Source: Octopus vulgaris
Taxonomy: Eukaryota
Direction: 5' to 3'
NCBI GenBank assembly: GCA_951406725.2
Contig: OX597823.1
Location: forward strand, 98,642,001 to 98,706,000
Length of the DNA: 64,000 nucleotides
Position numbers and translations under genes: made by a program. This document shows, in pieces, positions 14,434-28,734 of the stretch (within the stretch, counting starts at the first letter, position 1; each line of letters opens with the position of its first letter). A model generated the notes under the pieces. The model was not told where the DNA came from and ran no database searches. It was given only the letters and a program-made list of their open reading frames with translations.

Positions 14434-15839
14434 TATTTTCTCAAGCCTCAAGGGCTGAAAGACGAGTTTGATTTGTACTCAGAATGTAGAGAGCCAGAAC
14501 AAATACAGCAGGGCACTTTTTTCTGACTTTCAAAGGATTCTGCTAATCCACCACCATTTTTGTTTCTAACATAAAATAAAGTACCAGCAGCATGTACTTT
14601 ATTTTGTCAACACCCAGAAGAGTTAAAAGCAAAGTTGACCTCAGTGCAAATTAAAACTCAGAATGTAAAAAACTGAACCAAATACCACTGGCCATTTTGT
14701 CCCCCTCTCTCTCTCTCCCTAACGATTCTCACATGCTGCAAAGCAAAGCATTTTGTCAGATACTCTAACGATTCTGTCAATCTATACTACTACTACTACT
14801 ACTACTACTACTAACAACAACAACAACAATGATGGATTGTGACTTAGAGTAAGATCAGCAAAATTTGAGGAGGAGGTTAGTTGATGCCATGAATGCCAGT
14901 AGTTGACTGGACTTTATTTTGTTGACTCTGGAGGGATGAAAGGCAAAACTGACCTCCGTGGAATTTGAACTCAGATTGTAAAGCGCCAAAAGAAATATCA
15001 CTGATAATTTTTCCAATACCCTAACAATTCTGCCAGCTTGCTGCCTTAAAATAGTTTCAGAAATTGGCACAGGGGTAGTAATTTTGAGGAAACAAGCTTT
15101 GTCAATACCATCAGCAACCATACAAGTGTTGATGTGATGAATGACGTACTCTGTTCACTCCATAAATGGTTGATAGATTGAAGTGAGCAGGGACACACTC
15201 AGAATTTGAGAAGACTCTTTAGTCTTGCTGAGGGCTAGGTAATCTCTGTTGTGTTGATGCCACAAAAATGAACTCAGTACATGCTGTAAAGTGAAACATT
15301 AATGTGAGATATGACCCTCCACCCTGATCCTGTTGAACCATCCAGTAAAATAATGTGTCTGATGAGAAGTGGGGTGACATAAATAGATTTACTTTTTTCC
15401 TTTTACTCGCTTCAGTCATTGGACTGTAGCCATATCAGGGCACTGTTTTAAGGGTTTTAGTTAAAGAAATTGACCCCAGAAATTATAAGCCTGACACTTA
15501 TTCTATCAGTCTTTTTTGCTGAACTGTTAAGTTACAGAGACATAAACCAACAACAGCTGTGAAGCAGTGGGGTGGGAGCAAACACAAATGCAAACACACA
15601 CACGTGATGGATTTCCACAGTTTCTGCCTACTGAATTCACTCACTAGGTATTGGCTGCCCAGGGTTATTGTAGATGTCTGTAGGATTGAATCCACAAGCC
15701 ATATGACTGCAAAGTGATCCACACAGTCATGAAATTTTTACAGTGGTGCCCCAGTGTGTATATTCTACTTACTGCAACATTAAGCATTTACTGCTATATA
15801 AGTAACACAACGTTTCATTCCACGTGGCCGTGATGTGGG

Positions 15840-16125
15840 CCACATGATAAGCATGACAAAATTTATGATAAATGTGTCCAAAATGATAAGAAACATGCCT
15901 GAATAACAAACTCAACATATGTCAGAATTGATGACATGTCAAAATCGTTTTAACAAACACAATAAAATTGATGAACATGAGAAATGCGGCAAAATAATGA
16001 CAAACATAATATGACAAAATTGATGACAAAATGGCAAAAATGATTCCAAAAGTGAAAATAAATATGACAAAATTGATGATAGACACAACAGAATTGAAGA
16101 CACAACAAATTTCATGACAACACCA
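15840..16125 (+). repeat. Degenerate minisatellite (atgacaaaattg-like units)
   Basis: Recurrent 'atgacaaaat', 'aattgatga' and 'atgacaa' units. Confidence 0.6.
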
Positions 16126-17188
16126 GAAAATTCTAAATTCATGAATGCATGTGCAATTTCCATTATGTACAAGTATATTGCTTTAGTGAATTTCATACAG
16201 AAGCAGCTCATATATAAAACCAGACCAGCAATTTGTTGTATGTTTGTACAAAGCATAACTATTCCTATAATAGGAAAATGTCAGTATGTGAATGTTCATA
16301 TGAAACAGGAATTGCAGTCTCATATGAACATTCTGTTATTACCATGACAACTACTTAATAACCGGGCAATTTTCTATACAAAATGTAAGAGAGATGAAGT
16401 TTTAGAACCATTCTTCTTCCCATGGTTTGATGATGATGATAATAAAAAATTTCAGAGAAGTGAAAAAGCTATTATTCCAAAATCTGAGATTATTTTGATT
16501 GTTTTGACTGAAGAAAACATAGACATATGTATATATTGTTGTTATTATACAAAAGTGGCGTAAGTCCAAAACGTTGCTTTTTCAGAAAATGTAAAAGTAG
16601 TTTCACCATTCCATAGAAAAACCGTTGTACTACACTTTGACAATTTTTGATATCTTGACATCTGAAGTAGCTGGAGATACGATAGTTTAACCAAAAGAAC
16701 CGGCTATTGCAAGCAAAAATAAATATTGAAAAAACACATTTGGTCAAATTTGGACATGCGACAGTTTAACATAATATGGCTGCACCTCTCCTACATACGG
16801 ATCACAGTGGACTTTACTCTTGATGAGAAATCCTTGCAATACAACACGACGTCTAAAAACTTTTCATAAAACTGTCATTTTTGTCATTACTTAATTTTTA
16901 TATTTATTTTTATACTTTCTAAACTTTCCTGTATTTTTTGGTCTTTCCTTCTGTCATCTCTTCCTTCTCTGGATGTCCTTACTCTGTTTTCTCTAGTTTG
17001 CACCCGTTATTTTGCCTTCCTCTCTCTCCGTTTCCTTTCTTTTCTCTCCACATCTTCCCCCCTTTCTCCTCACTTTCTATTTGTTCCATCTTCATCGCTT
17101 TTATTTTCTTTTATTTTCTTCTCCCACCTTGCATATATTTTCTTCTCCACACGCCCTTTTCTTCTTATTATTCTTTTATTTATTTACT

Positions 17189-17219
<31 letters not shown>

Positions 17220-17388
17220 CTATTATTATTATTATTATTATTATTTAATTTTTAAAATTTAATTTAATTTAATTTAATTTAATTTTATTTTTCTTCAAAT
17301 GCTTGTGTTTCTTTCTCTCACACCTTTTGTATGTTTCCTTTCCATGTTTAATTTCCTTTCCCTTTTTTTTTCTCCTTGTTATTCCACC

Positions 17389-19869
17389 ATGCCGGACTAT
17401 AAATCCTACCTCCTCACTCTTCACCATCGCCTAAAATATTACTTCTGCTTACTTCCTTCCCACTGCTTTCAGCCGTCCATTAACCTCTCTTTACTCATTT
17501 AAAAGAAAACCGCTTCTCTAGCCACGTTTCATTTCTCAGCCACTGCTTACATCACAGCCTCATCCCTAAAGGTTTTTGCCTCCATTTCTACCCACTCTCC
17601 ACTCTGCTTCACCCATCCTACCCATACTCCGTACCACATCTTACCGCCTTATGTGTGCCACCATTTGCTCCAATCTCTCTAAAATACATACCATCGACCG
17701 CCTTCTCCCTCCTGCTTTTTCCATCTTTTTCTCCTCTCTGCCACCCTTCCATGCTCACAACATGTTGCGTTATATAATTCATTTAAATCATCTCTTTCAT
17801 CAATTTCTTGCCAACACCAAACTTCGTAAACTCCACTCACTCCTCCACTCCATCACACCCGATGCCACTACCACAACTCCTCCACTACCCTTCCCCCTAC
17901 CTGATAGGCTCCACCCACACTCAACCCCACTGTCCCTCCAAACCCCCACACACATCCCCACTCCCTCCCCCCAGCCTTCCACCAGCCCTCCTACCTCCAC
18001 CCTACCCACCCCTCCTACTTCTATTCCATCCACCCCTTCTCCACTTCAGTCTGTTGTTACCATTCCCCCAGATCTTCCCCTCTCTGTGGTGAAGCACTCC
18101 ATCCTCAGTAGGGGTCTGTGTTTCATCCCCCTCACTCCATCCTGTAAGGAATTTCAGACTCGTGCTGATATCCACAGCTTTGTGTGCCGCATCAGCTTGT
18201 GTGTGCTTTTCCGTGACACTCCACCCGCTTCAAACGAGGACTGCTTCACTGACCTGGGCCGCCGACCATCCCAGTGGATGCCTGTTCCTGGTCAGTTCCA
18301 AGCAGTGGATCTTTTTGCGGGTGCCTGTCAGCGCACTTTGGAGCGGTTCAACTTCTCCGGGCGCCCACGTCGTCTCAACATCTCCCCAGCCGAACTCTCG
18401 GCACTTCATCCCCTCCGACGGCGCGCTGACATCGTTATTAAACCGGCCGACAAGGGTGGAGCAGTGGTGGTATGGCGCGCGGATCTCTACAGGGCTGAAG
18501 CTCTCTGCCAACTCCATGACACCTCCTTCTACTGCCCTCTGTCCTCTGACCCCACGCCCAGCTACCAACAGACGGTCTCCTTTCCCATCCACGACCTCAT
18601 CTCGTCCTCCCGTCTCCCCCACACCGCATTCAACCTCACCTCCGAACCCCCCGCACCTCCACCATTTACTTCCTCCCCAAAAATCCACAAACCCGACAAC
18701 CCTGGCCGCCCCATCATCTCCGCCTGTAACTGCCCCACCGAGCTTATCTCCAATTATCTCGACCGTGTCCTTGCCTCCCTAGTAGCTTCTCTTTCTTCTC
18801 ACATCCATGACACCAACCATGCTCTTCGTCTTTTCAACTCTTTCTCCTTCCCTCCTGGCTCCTCCAAACTTCTCTTTACAATGGACATCCAGAGCCTCTA
18901 CACTGTGATCCCTCACCACGAGGGGCTGCGTGCACTTAAACACTTCCTGGACCTCCGATCCAATCCCCAACCTGACACCCCCACACTCGTTCATCTGGCC
19001 AAACTTGTCCTCTCACTCAACTGCTTCTCGTTCGCGGGCGAGTTCTACCAACAAGTCTCGGAAGTGGCCATGGGAACGAGAATGGGCCCCAACTATGCGA
19101 ACCTTTTCGTTGGCTATGTTGAGGCCCAAATATTCTCTAGTTTCACTGGTCCCACTCCCAAACTATATGGCCGTTACATTGATGACTGTATCGGTGCCAC
19201 CTCACACTCTCGCGAACATCTAGACTCCTTCCTCTCTTTTGTCAAATCTTTCCATCCTGCCCTCCACTTCTCCTGCACTATCTCTGACACCTCTGTCTCC
19301 TTTCTTGATATTTCGGTCAGCATTCATCACTCCACTCTTACCACTTCGATCCACTACAAACACACGGACTCACACTCATACCTAAACTTCTCCTCCTCCC
19401 ACCCCAAACACACCAAGATTTCCATCCCCTATTCCCAATTCCTCCGTCTACGCAGGCTCTGTAGTGACGACCATGACTTTGAGACTCACTTGCCCTTACC
19501 TCTCCAACACCACCCTCCTCACCGGCACCTATCATCGACCCTATCGCATCATCGACTCCTTCACCTGCACCTCCAGCAATATCATCTATTGCATCTCCTG
19601 CTCTCTCTGCCATTCCCTGTACATCAGACAAACGGGACGCCACTTGGCTGACCGGTTCACGGAACACCTCCGAGACATCCGCCTCGGCAATGACACTCCA
19701 GTCTCACGCCATGTCTGCTCCACCGGTCACTCCATGCAACACCTGTCTGTATTCGGATTGTCCTTGCAGAGGCCATCCGGACTCCCGTTTGCGCCGTGAA
19801 CAGGGATTAATCTTCTCTCTTCATTCTTTTACGTCATTTGGGCTCATCTCTCCTCCCATTTTCATCTAA
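17389..19869 (+). pseudogene. PLE reverse transcriptase + GIY-YIG endonuclease (frameshifted, internal deletion)
   Basis: N-terminal 'SHVSFLSHCLHHSLIPKGF'. RT motifs KPADKGGAVVVW, PKIHK..PGRPIIS, TMDIQSLYT, AMGTRMGPNYANL and RYIDD lie in ORF 17576-19651. The endonuclease 'FTCTSSNIIYCISCSLC..LYI.QTGR.L.DRF.EH' is in another frame (19464-19799). Confidence 0.93.
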
Positions 19870-20591
19870 CCTCCTCCCTGACTCCTACTTCTCTTCACTC
19901 CTACATCTTTTCACCCCTTCTCTCTTTCCCTCTTCTCCCTTACTCTCTTTCTCTCTGCTCCCTCACTCTTCTTCTCTCCTCTCTCCCCCTCCCTCCTCCT
20001 TCTTCCCACCCAACTCTCCTCTCTTGCCCCAACTCCTACTTCTCTTCACCCCTACTCTCTTTCCCTCTTCTCTCCTACTCTCTTTCTCTCCCCTCCTTCC
20101 CTCTTCCTCTCTTCTCTCCTACTCTTTCACCCTCTCTTTCTCTCTTCTCTCCTCCTCTCTCTCCTCACATACCCACCTTCCCCTCCCCCATAAACCCCCA
20201 CCCTACTCCACCTTCCCGAACACCCTCCCCCTCGTGTACCCCCACCCTCTGCCTATCCACAAACCCCAACTCTACCCCAACCCCCAGCCGAACCCACACC
20301 CCACTACACCATACAACATTACATATCACATCACACCACCCATACACCCATTCTCACATCTTCACACCTACACATACATACACGCACACGTCCAGACCAC
20401 CAGCCTTCTTTCACACGCACATACATATTCTCTTATACACACACGCACCTTTGTGTTGGGGGTCATCTTTACCTTGTTATCTCCCCTACTTTCCTCCTCG
20501 TGTTTGACCCTTCTGTCCGGCACTAGTCGCCATGATAGAACGTTAGCCACTACACACATTTTTTTCTCTCCTTGTTTTTTTTTCTGTGTCC

Positions 20592-20627
20592 CTTTCTGTA
20601 GAAAAGCGTAGGCTCGAAACGTAAAAG
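20592..20627 (+). ncRNA. Minimal hammerhead-like motif (variant core) in the PLE 3' end
   Basis: CTTT-CTGTAGA-A-AAGC-GTAG-GCTC-GAAAC-GTA-AAAG. Helix I is CUUU/AAAG; the core has A6->U; helix II has one mismatch. Confidence 0.5.
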
Positions 20628-21040
20628 ACTTTTTCTATTCCTGAGCGTTATACTAATATATCTGTTTGTTTTGTACACCACCTGTCTTCGTCTTTTGTTT
20701 TTTTCGTAAACTTTCCCTATATATATATATATACACTCACACACATATACAAGGTGAGCAAAAGGTGTACATACGCTGCTTTATGTATATATAAATCCAA
20801 AAAAAACGGAATAAGAATGTAACGGACGGCCATAAAAACACACAGAAAGATAGACGATACAAAGATGGACAGGGAAAACCCAGGAACGTCAGCTTAACTT
20901 AAATTGTCCTTATTAGTCGAAAGACACTTGTTGTTTTTGTTTTGTTAGTATTTGTAATCGTATAATATTTTCTCCGTTTTCTCGTTTTTTTTGTTTGTGT
21001 TGTCGTACACATTCGCTACGTTCTTATTCCATTTTGGGAT

Positions 21041-21115
<75 letters not shown>

Positions 21116-21116
<1 letters not shown>

Positions 21117-22465
21117 TTAAGTAGTTAAATTAGCAGTTGTAACAACCATCCAAGGGATACTGGTATGCAATGAATCAACTGGTATATTACCTATATGTGA
21201 TTATGAGTATTAGTATTAATGCTCATAACGGCAAGAATACACTGGAGTTTATCTATATTTAAGGAAAACAGAAAATGGAGATAAATTTGATAATTGATAA
21301 TTGAAATACATCAATTATCATTTACTGATTATAAAAAGAGAAAATCTCATCTGACAGTTGTTTCTGTTGGTGCTATTCCCAGGTTTATTATAACAACAAC
21401 AACAACAACAAGTAAATAAATATACGTATCGTAACTTATAATTAACAAATAACAATATAGAAATCAATATTTTTTACAATAACAATGAAACAAAATTCAA
21501 CAATATTATTTAAAAAGAAATTCACGACTTATCTAAGAAAATCTGTTAAATCTGTTTTATCTAAGAAAATCTGAATTTAAAGCGTAAAAACGCAGGCCTT
21601 AGCGTTTATAAGAAAGTTAACTCATGAAGATGTTGCATAAATAAAAAAAAATAGAATAAATATATAGAAGTATGTACTACCTAAATGAAAATGACGAAAG
21701 AGATTTATGCGTCTAGAATAAGAGAATAAAAAACAAAACTATAAATTACTATTTACTGGAAGATTTAAAGTTCAAATAATTAATACTAAAATACGTAAAA
21801 TATACATAATATAGTTAAATAAATTTATATTACTATAATTAATAGATATTCATTTATTTATTTTAGAAATATCCAAGTTTAAACGTATTCAAATAATCTA
21901 ATAAACAACATATAATATCATGCTAATTTATACACTAATACTACAATAAATTATATCTACAACAAATTAGTAACATAAAATAGAGTTTTATATATACGAG
22001 AAAATTAGCTAAACTTATTATATAAATAATGTAATTTATGTTTTTCATTTAATTTTTCGCTCATCAAGGCAATTAACCAATATTTTATTATTATTATTAA
22101 GTAATATTTCCTTAAATTCATTAGTACACAACAAACAAGATTTACTACCTATACGATAAGATTTTGCCTTACAAATTATCTCCCAAGTTAATTTATATTT
22201 AATACATTTAGATTTAAGTTTCCAAATATATTTACTAAGGCCTGTAGAATTAATTAAATTTCTATTCTTAAAAGAATACATGTGTTGAGTCACCCTTAAT
22301 TTAATTTTATTAGAAGTTGATCCTATGTAGATCACGTTTAAATTATAATCATTCGTATTATTATCATCAATTAAAGTTACTATACATTTATATATTACAT
22401 CATCCAAATTACATTTATTATTAAATTTACATGTAGTCTTATCTCTACATGTACAATAAATTATC
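21116..22465 (-). mobile_element. 3' fragment of a second PLE clade (C-terminal GIY-YIG with CxC...C motif; tentatively Nematis-like) plus AT-rich 3' region
   Basis: 'CTCRDKTTCKFNNKC..DVIYKC...YIGSTSNKIKLR...H.YSFKN...STGLSKYIWKLK...W.I...Y......C.LC.NE' at 22045-22460. A half-hammerhead GAAAC-AACU-GUC lies at about 21350-21364 on the minus strand. Confidence 0.85.
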
Positions 22466-22730
22466 AGCCTGGCCTGGCCTCCGTACCAGTGACACGTAAA
22501 AAGCACCATCCGATCGTGGCCGTTTGCCAGTCTCGTCTGGCACCTGTGTCGGTGGCACGTAAAAAGCACCCACTACACTCATGGAGTGGTTGGCGTTAGG
22601 AAGGGCATCAAGCCGTAGAAACATTGCCAGATCAGACTGGGCCTGGTGCAGCCTTCTGGCTTCCCAGACCCCAGTTGAACCGTCCAACCCATGTTAGCAT
22701 GGAAAGCGGACGCTAAACGATGATGATGAA
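22466..22730 (+). mobile_element. Family C SINE-like repeat truncating the PLE ORF
   Basis: Same sequence as 6915-7320 and 59200-59470, with a (GAT)n tail. Confidence 0.85.
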
Positions 22731-23372
22731 TTCATATCTTTCTTTCATACTGTGGTCATAAAAGAAAGATATGAATTATAGTGGGCAGTATATTTTTATG
22801 AGTGCGGATAGATATTGGGCATACGATGACGCTGATCGCATGCATATTTTGAAATACTCGTGAAATTATACGAAATACTATGCTGAAGAGTAGCAGTAAG
22901 TAAAACGCGTCCACAGTTAATCAGCCTTTTGGATTCGTTATTTTTCTTTTGCCTGCCTAAATAAAGTGTTATTCTCGAAGATTTTAAGGTAGTAAAAAGG
23001 ATTTTAGCATCTATTTCTTATGATGCATGATGAGGCATAAAGCTGACCCCTTGTTATAATTATGTATATAATCATAAAATATTTTATATGTATATATATC
23101 TTCATGTGCCATATATACAGACATTAACAATCATGGACCTCTGTATCTTCCTATCCCACACTCAACTTTGCATGTATTCCATTTGTCTGTATTACATAAA
23201 GTCTGATGAATTTTCTTGATAAAGATACAGTTAATGGTTTCCTGATGCTTTCTACCAGTTTACTTTGTTATTCTTCCCTCCTCTTGAACTTTCCCTTGAG
23301 TTACAAGGTCTATTTAACCTTTAGGTATGGAAGTGATACATACATACATACATACGTACATACATACGTACA

Positions 23373-23412
<40 letters not shown>

Positions 23413-26029
23413 GGCAAGTTCACACTCTAGTGAGCTTGCATGACACATGTCTAGGGCCCAGTTCTTCTCTGGAACCTGTATGCCTAAGTCATAGGACTTA
23501 TCTTCTGCTATTTGACCTATGAATGGGGTTTTTGATAGGTACTGCTACTCTGAGCCAGAGTAGACCTGGGAGCAGTGGTGACTAATAGATAACTCTATAT
23601 TCCTCATAGCTGTTTCATGGTTAGAGCCTTATCACTGAATGTAGTTTAAGGCCTTGTCCAGGACATTGCCTTTGTGTGAGGTATATTTCTCAGCTTAGTA
23701 TAGTCTATCAATCAGAAAATACTTAATTATCTCTATTTCACTGTAAAAAGGAATTATCTCAGTCAAAAGTCCACATATATAATTTCTGAAATTGTTTGGA
23801 TTTTGTTTATGATTGTTTCAGCAGATCAAGCAACTACATAGAATGTCTTACTGAAGAAAAACAAGTTTCTTAGCAAGACATTTAGACAGCATTTTTGATT
23901 ATCGTTGCTGTTATCTAATTGATTTACTTTCTAAGCAAGAGAACACACAAGCTAACTCACTATTTGCTAGAAAGTGTAATATAAAAGAAATTATAAACCT
24001 TGATCTGTTTATTTTCAACATTTCTCACATCATTTATATTGTCTGAAATGATTAAAAACTCTGAGAAAGCATTAATCTTCTAAGTTAATTATTATGGTCA
24101 GTTCTTCCTTAGAAGTTAATCAAACAAACATTTAATTAAATAAAGTAATTAAACTAATTGTATACAAGTGTATCAATAACATTTGACTCAGTCTTCTATT
24201 ATATTTCTGTAGCAAGTTATCAGTTTAAGAATATTCCTCTCCCTACAAATTGTTATATTCCCACCACTTAGTGGACAAATACAAGCAGCTGAAGTTGAGA
24301 GTGATATCAGAGATAAGTGTAGGGTGTAATCTGCATGAATTTTTCAACTACTTTTCTGCAGTAGTGCGAAATATAATAGCTGTGTTAGAATTTTAAGAGA
24401 AATGTCTAACACTTTTATTGCGTAATTTCTTTATATTATGTCATAACTTTGTTAACTTAATTTACCGACAGACTCAATATTTTTATGGAAACCATCTGAG
24501 CAGCAACATGGTAATTTTCTCAAAAAAGAAAAAAAAGAAAGATATTGTTTCATAATTTTGTCTTCAGTGTTGTAGCTAGAGGTTAGGATTGTTAGTAGAC
24601 GTTCTAACAAATTATACTCTACGCCATGAAGAGCAGCAATCTTCTTAAATCATATTGTGAATAAATCAGGGATAGAAGAAATAGATCAGACATTTTTCTA
24701 TCAATATTTCTTATTGTGTTATTTTATATTTAAATAGCTGTTAAGTGCTGACAGCTTTGTCTGACAAACTTGCTAATGTTAAATAGCATGGAACTCCTGA
24801 TCAGTATTTGTAAATCATTTATTCAAAAAATTATGTTTGTATCAATAATTTAGTCCAGTCCATTACATTCTGGGTTGAAATCCCACCAGAGCTAATTTTC
24901 TTTTCCATTGTAGCATGGTCAATAAAATAAAATACTTGTCAGTTGCTGCCATCAATTTAATTGACTACATGCCCCATTCAAAGTGTACGGCCATGTACTT
25001 ATGTTAGAAATCAATCATTACATCATTGTTTTCTAGTTAGGAGACTGCCAAATGGGAATGGTTTGGCCTTTTTCAATGTTCATTCTCTTTCCCCCTGGTG
25101 CCTATTGCATTCTCTTTCCTCTTGCCCATTTTTATGAGAATTCTCTTCTGATTTTCTTTCATCCGTTTTCTTTTTTTTGACTCCTATTTCTGACTTCCCC
25201 TTGTCCATACCATTTTAGGTCAAACATAACAAAAAATCCTCGTGTTCATCTATTCAATCTTCCTCCTTCGATAAAATTCAATCATCAAAATACTAACATT
25301 TTCTATTTACTCATAAAGAAAACTCTTTAATCTGGGAGACCATCTAGAATATTATACTCTTCTATTTGTGACACTCATAATATTGCTTCTGTCTAATGAG
25401 TCACAAAGAAAGATTTCAACTTAAATAACTGTCACTCAGGAAGACTTTATGCAGTTGTTTGTTATGTTTGAAATATATAGCAAAGTTTCTCTCAAATAAA
25501 ACCTTGTAATGATTTCAAGTTTTGGCACAAAGCTAGCAACTTTAGTGGGAGAGGATAAGATGATTGTATGAATGTCAGTGGTTTGACTGCTACTTGTTTT
25601 ATTATTTAAACTGGCCATATTCAGCCAAAATATTCTACATGTTATATGTTCGAACTGGCCAGATCTGGCTTCTCACACCAACCCTACAATATCATTCTAA
25701 AATTTAAAATTATCTCATCAAAATCTCAAAGCTAATTCAAAACAATAGGAATAAATAAGCACTACTTTTGAGAAAATAATGTGAATGCTAAAGAGCTAAA
25801 CTTGACTGCTGTAGGATTTGAACTCAGAATGTAAAGAACCAGAGGAAATGCTGCTAAGCTGTAATAATTCCACCAATAATAAAAAAGAGAAGACACACCC
25901 GATAATGTAGTTTTAAATACATTATAATCTGGAAAAGACTGGATGTTCATAACTGGAATGTCTTTGAATGTAGGTTTTCTCAATCTGAGTTGACTGGGGT
26001 TAAACAACAATCACCAACATACTTAACCT

Positions 26030-27360
26030 TATTTAACTACCTAAGCCTTTGAAATCAATGAAACAACCTCTGTACAAACACTATGTCTGTTGAAAACACA
26101 TACAAATCTTCATAATTCAAGGAAATCTATAATAGCCCAGGACATGTGGCTAGATGTTCCTTTCAAATTCTTTCCTGATAAAACAGGCAATATTTATTCA
26201 GTGGGCCCATTATGCTTATGATGAACTTGATACCAAAGAGTCAAGCTAACAATACAAAATCGGTCAAGAAAGGGCTCTTACCAAACATTAATTTTCTGGA
26301 GCTAAGACTTAATTTCTGAATAAGTAATCCTTGACCGCCAAACCTTAAATAATACCAGGCCAACTGCACCCAAACTCCAGTAAAAGAAGCACAAGCGTGC
26401 AGCTATGATTAATCCTCCCAATAATCCCTCAACTGATGTTTCTCTGATTTTCAGCCCTTCCCAGCCATGGAAGTTGTTTTTGAAAGGAAAGGAGATGTAT
26501 GCCCTTAATGGGAAGTAATCTACCAATAGGGATTTTTAATACCTTTGGAATGAAGTCTTCTACAATTAAATGGTCTCCAGAGCTGCATCAAAGAATGGGA
26601 GAAATGCGTAATACTGGGTGGTTCCTATGCAGTAAATAAAGCAATACCATTGTTAGCCCGAATTTGTTGCTCTATCGCAATGATAGTGGGTCAGGGGCAT
26701 GATTCTGATAAATTATGAACGCCCCTCGTAAGCTAGTCGTAGAAGTTTGCAGGGACATCGTAATTGCTATAACAATTGATAGTCTATGTGATGAAGGTTT
26801 ATTTTTTTTATTTTGAGTGGAAATCCCAGTGAGGGATCAGAGATATTCTATATGGCCCTTCTCAGAAACTATGGAACGGAAAAAAAAGAAAAAAGTTAAT
26901 TTCACATCATAGATCTTAAGTCCATTCGTGTAATGTTGAGAACTCTCTCAGAGAACTCAATGGCCAGATGGTGATTTTAACCGTACAACTAGTACGGTTA
27001 AATGACTTGTATTTCCATAGAGATTTCGTTTAATAATTTTCATTCATGAAGGCTTTCGTTTGCAAATTCCAAAGTTGATGGGAGAAGACTTAGCTCAAAG
27101 ACCTGGGCAATTAGATAGAACTCGAAATCTCTACCTGCGAATATAATTTTTTTAACCACAAATGCCATGTCTAAAAATTGAGTGAGGCCAAATAAATTAT
27201 ATAATATAACATGGAGCCAAATACTAACATGGGGTCCTAATAAACCTCTAAGTTGGCCAGCATGGTTAACCGCTTATAAGGTTGTAAAGATTGTAGAGAA
27301 ACATCTATGTATTTCTATTAACTACAGCCTTTACACATCGAAGCTTTGGAAAAACCAGAA
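26030..27360 (-). mobile_element. Highly decayed LINE ORF2 (L1/Tx1-like)
   Basis: Remnant motifs on the minus strand: FSKA(F)DV near 27340, 'LGFP' near 26825, and 'VWRSR' in ORF 26302-26526. Confidence 0.4.
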
Positions 27361-28589
27361 ACACATAAATATATCACGATGCGATACAAAGGAGACAATG
27401 TTCGAAGCCAAGTAAATAATTATCTCTTACGATATATGTGTGTAGATACGTGTTATTGTATAAATATGTGTGCGTGCGTGCGTGCGTGTGTGCGAGCGTG
27501 TGTGTGTGTGTTTGTGTTGGTGTGTGTGGAACATAAAGTAATTGTGTAAAATATGCGCATAACTGATCAAGTGAATTTATTTAATCTAAAAATAGGTAAA
27601 TATTAAAGCTAAATTGACTAGTGAATTGGGAAAATATTTCCTGTAACCTAGTAATAATTAAATTTAATCCCAGTTTTATTAATACCATCTCGTGATTTAA
27701 CATATTGTTTTTTCCCTCATTAAGGGTGAAAGGTTTCCCGTCCAAAGGTTGCTAATATAATATGCGAAAGCAGTTAATAAATAAAAACAATTAAATACGA
27801 TTTCTCATTGTTTAACTAAAGTTATCATGCTTATAGACAATTACAGATGAATGATACATGAAATGCATTGTGTGTCTGTCTATACAGAAGTAACAATTGT
27901 AATGATAGAATGAGACAGAAGCTTTAATTAAACCCTTAGATTTCATTCGATGACCCACATCTCCACTGAAATAACATCTGAAATTTTACTTCAATTTTCT
28001 TTCTTCTTTAACCACGAAATCAAAAGTTGCAAATTACAAATAATGCAAATAGTCAAGATAATCAACTGAAATGAATGAAGACTTACAATCATTTTAATTT
28101 TAGTTTGATATAGAAGTTGTTTGTTACATTTTAGTGAAATCTCTTTGGTTTTTCTAAAAATAGAATTTTGTGCAAGGCGGAGATGAGATTATCAGCAAAT
28201 TTACAGTTTCAACAAACGATGGATGAAAATATTACTGTGATTAATAAAGAATGGTTCTTGACTAGGGGGCAACCACTAAGAATTCTGGAAGTCCGCAAAA
28301 GTAATAGGCTAGTATAAACATAAATATATATATATAAAGCGGAGTAGTGATAATTTCAAGAGTATAAAATCTCTTAAATATTTGAGAACTCATATGTTTG
28401 TTACCTGATATATCACTACTAACTCGACTTTCTATGCATATTATAGAAGCACATTAGACTTAAATCCTTTCTGAAATAAATCGATACCTTGATGCCCGAC
28501 ACCTAATACATATATGCTTTCTTCTCCATCACGTACACAACCAGTATCGGAACATCTACAAAGATGACGGAAGCTAATATACCTTTTCT

Positions 28590-28689
28590 NNNNNNNNNNN
28601 NNNNNNNNNNNNNNNNNNNNNNNNNNNNNNNNNNNNNNNNNNNNNNNNNNNNNNNNNNNNNNNNNNNNNNNNNNNNNNNNNNNNNNNNN
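28590..28689. other. Assembly gap (100 N)
   Basis: Run of N. Confidence 1.
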
Positions 28690-28734
28690 ACAGCACACTG
28701 AATGGTGGTGAACATTTATAGAATGTTTCTGTTT

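Larger units (their letters stand above)
12680..15110 (-). mobile_element. Cluster of decayed tRNA-derived SINE copies (family A) flanking the mariner
   Basis: Repeated 'gaccc.gaaaggatgaaaggcaaagttgacct..g.ggaatttgaactcagaa' at about 12770, 12975, 14455, 14620 and 14930. Confidence 0.7.
16930..20720 (+). mobile_element. Near-full-length Penelope-like element (Neptune-type) with pyrimidine-rich UTRs and a 3' hammerhead-like motif
   Basis: RT and GIY-YIG coding region, strongly C/T-rich sense strand, 3' HHR-like motif at 20592-20627, and an end at a (TA)n tract near 20720. Confidence 0.9.

Noticed and set aside
19838-20611. 257-aa Ser/Leu/Pro-rich ORF
   Set aside because: It is the stop-poor polypyrimidine 3' UTR of the PLE and has no domain features.
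22030-22050. TGA at a conserved Cys position (possible selenocysteine, as reported for some PLEs)
   Set aside because: The following HK motif is out of frame, so this is ordinary decay; no SECIS was identified.
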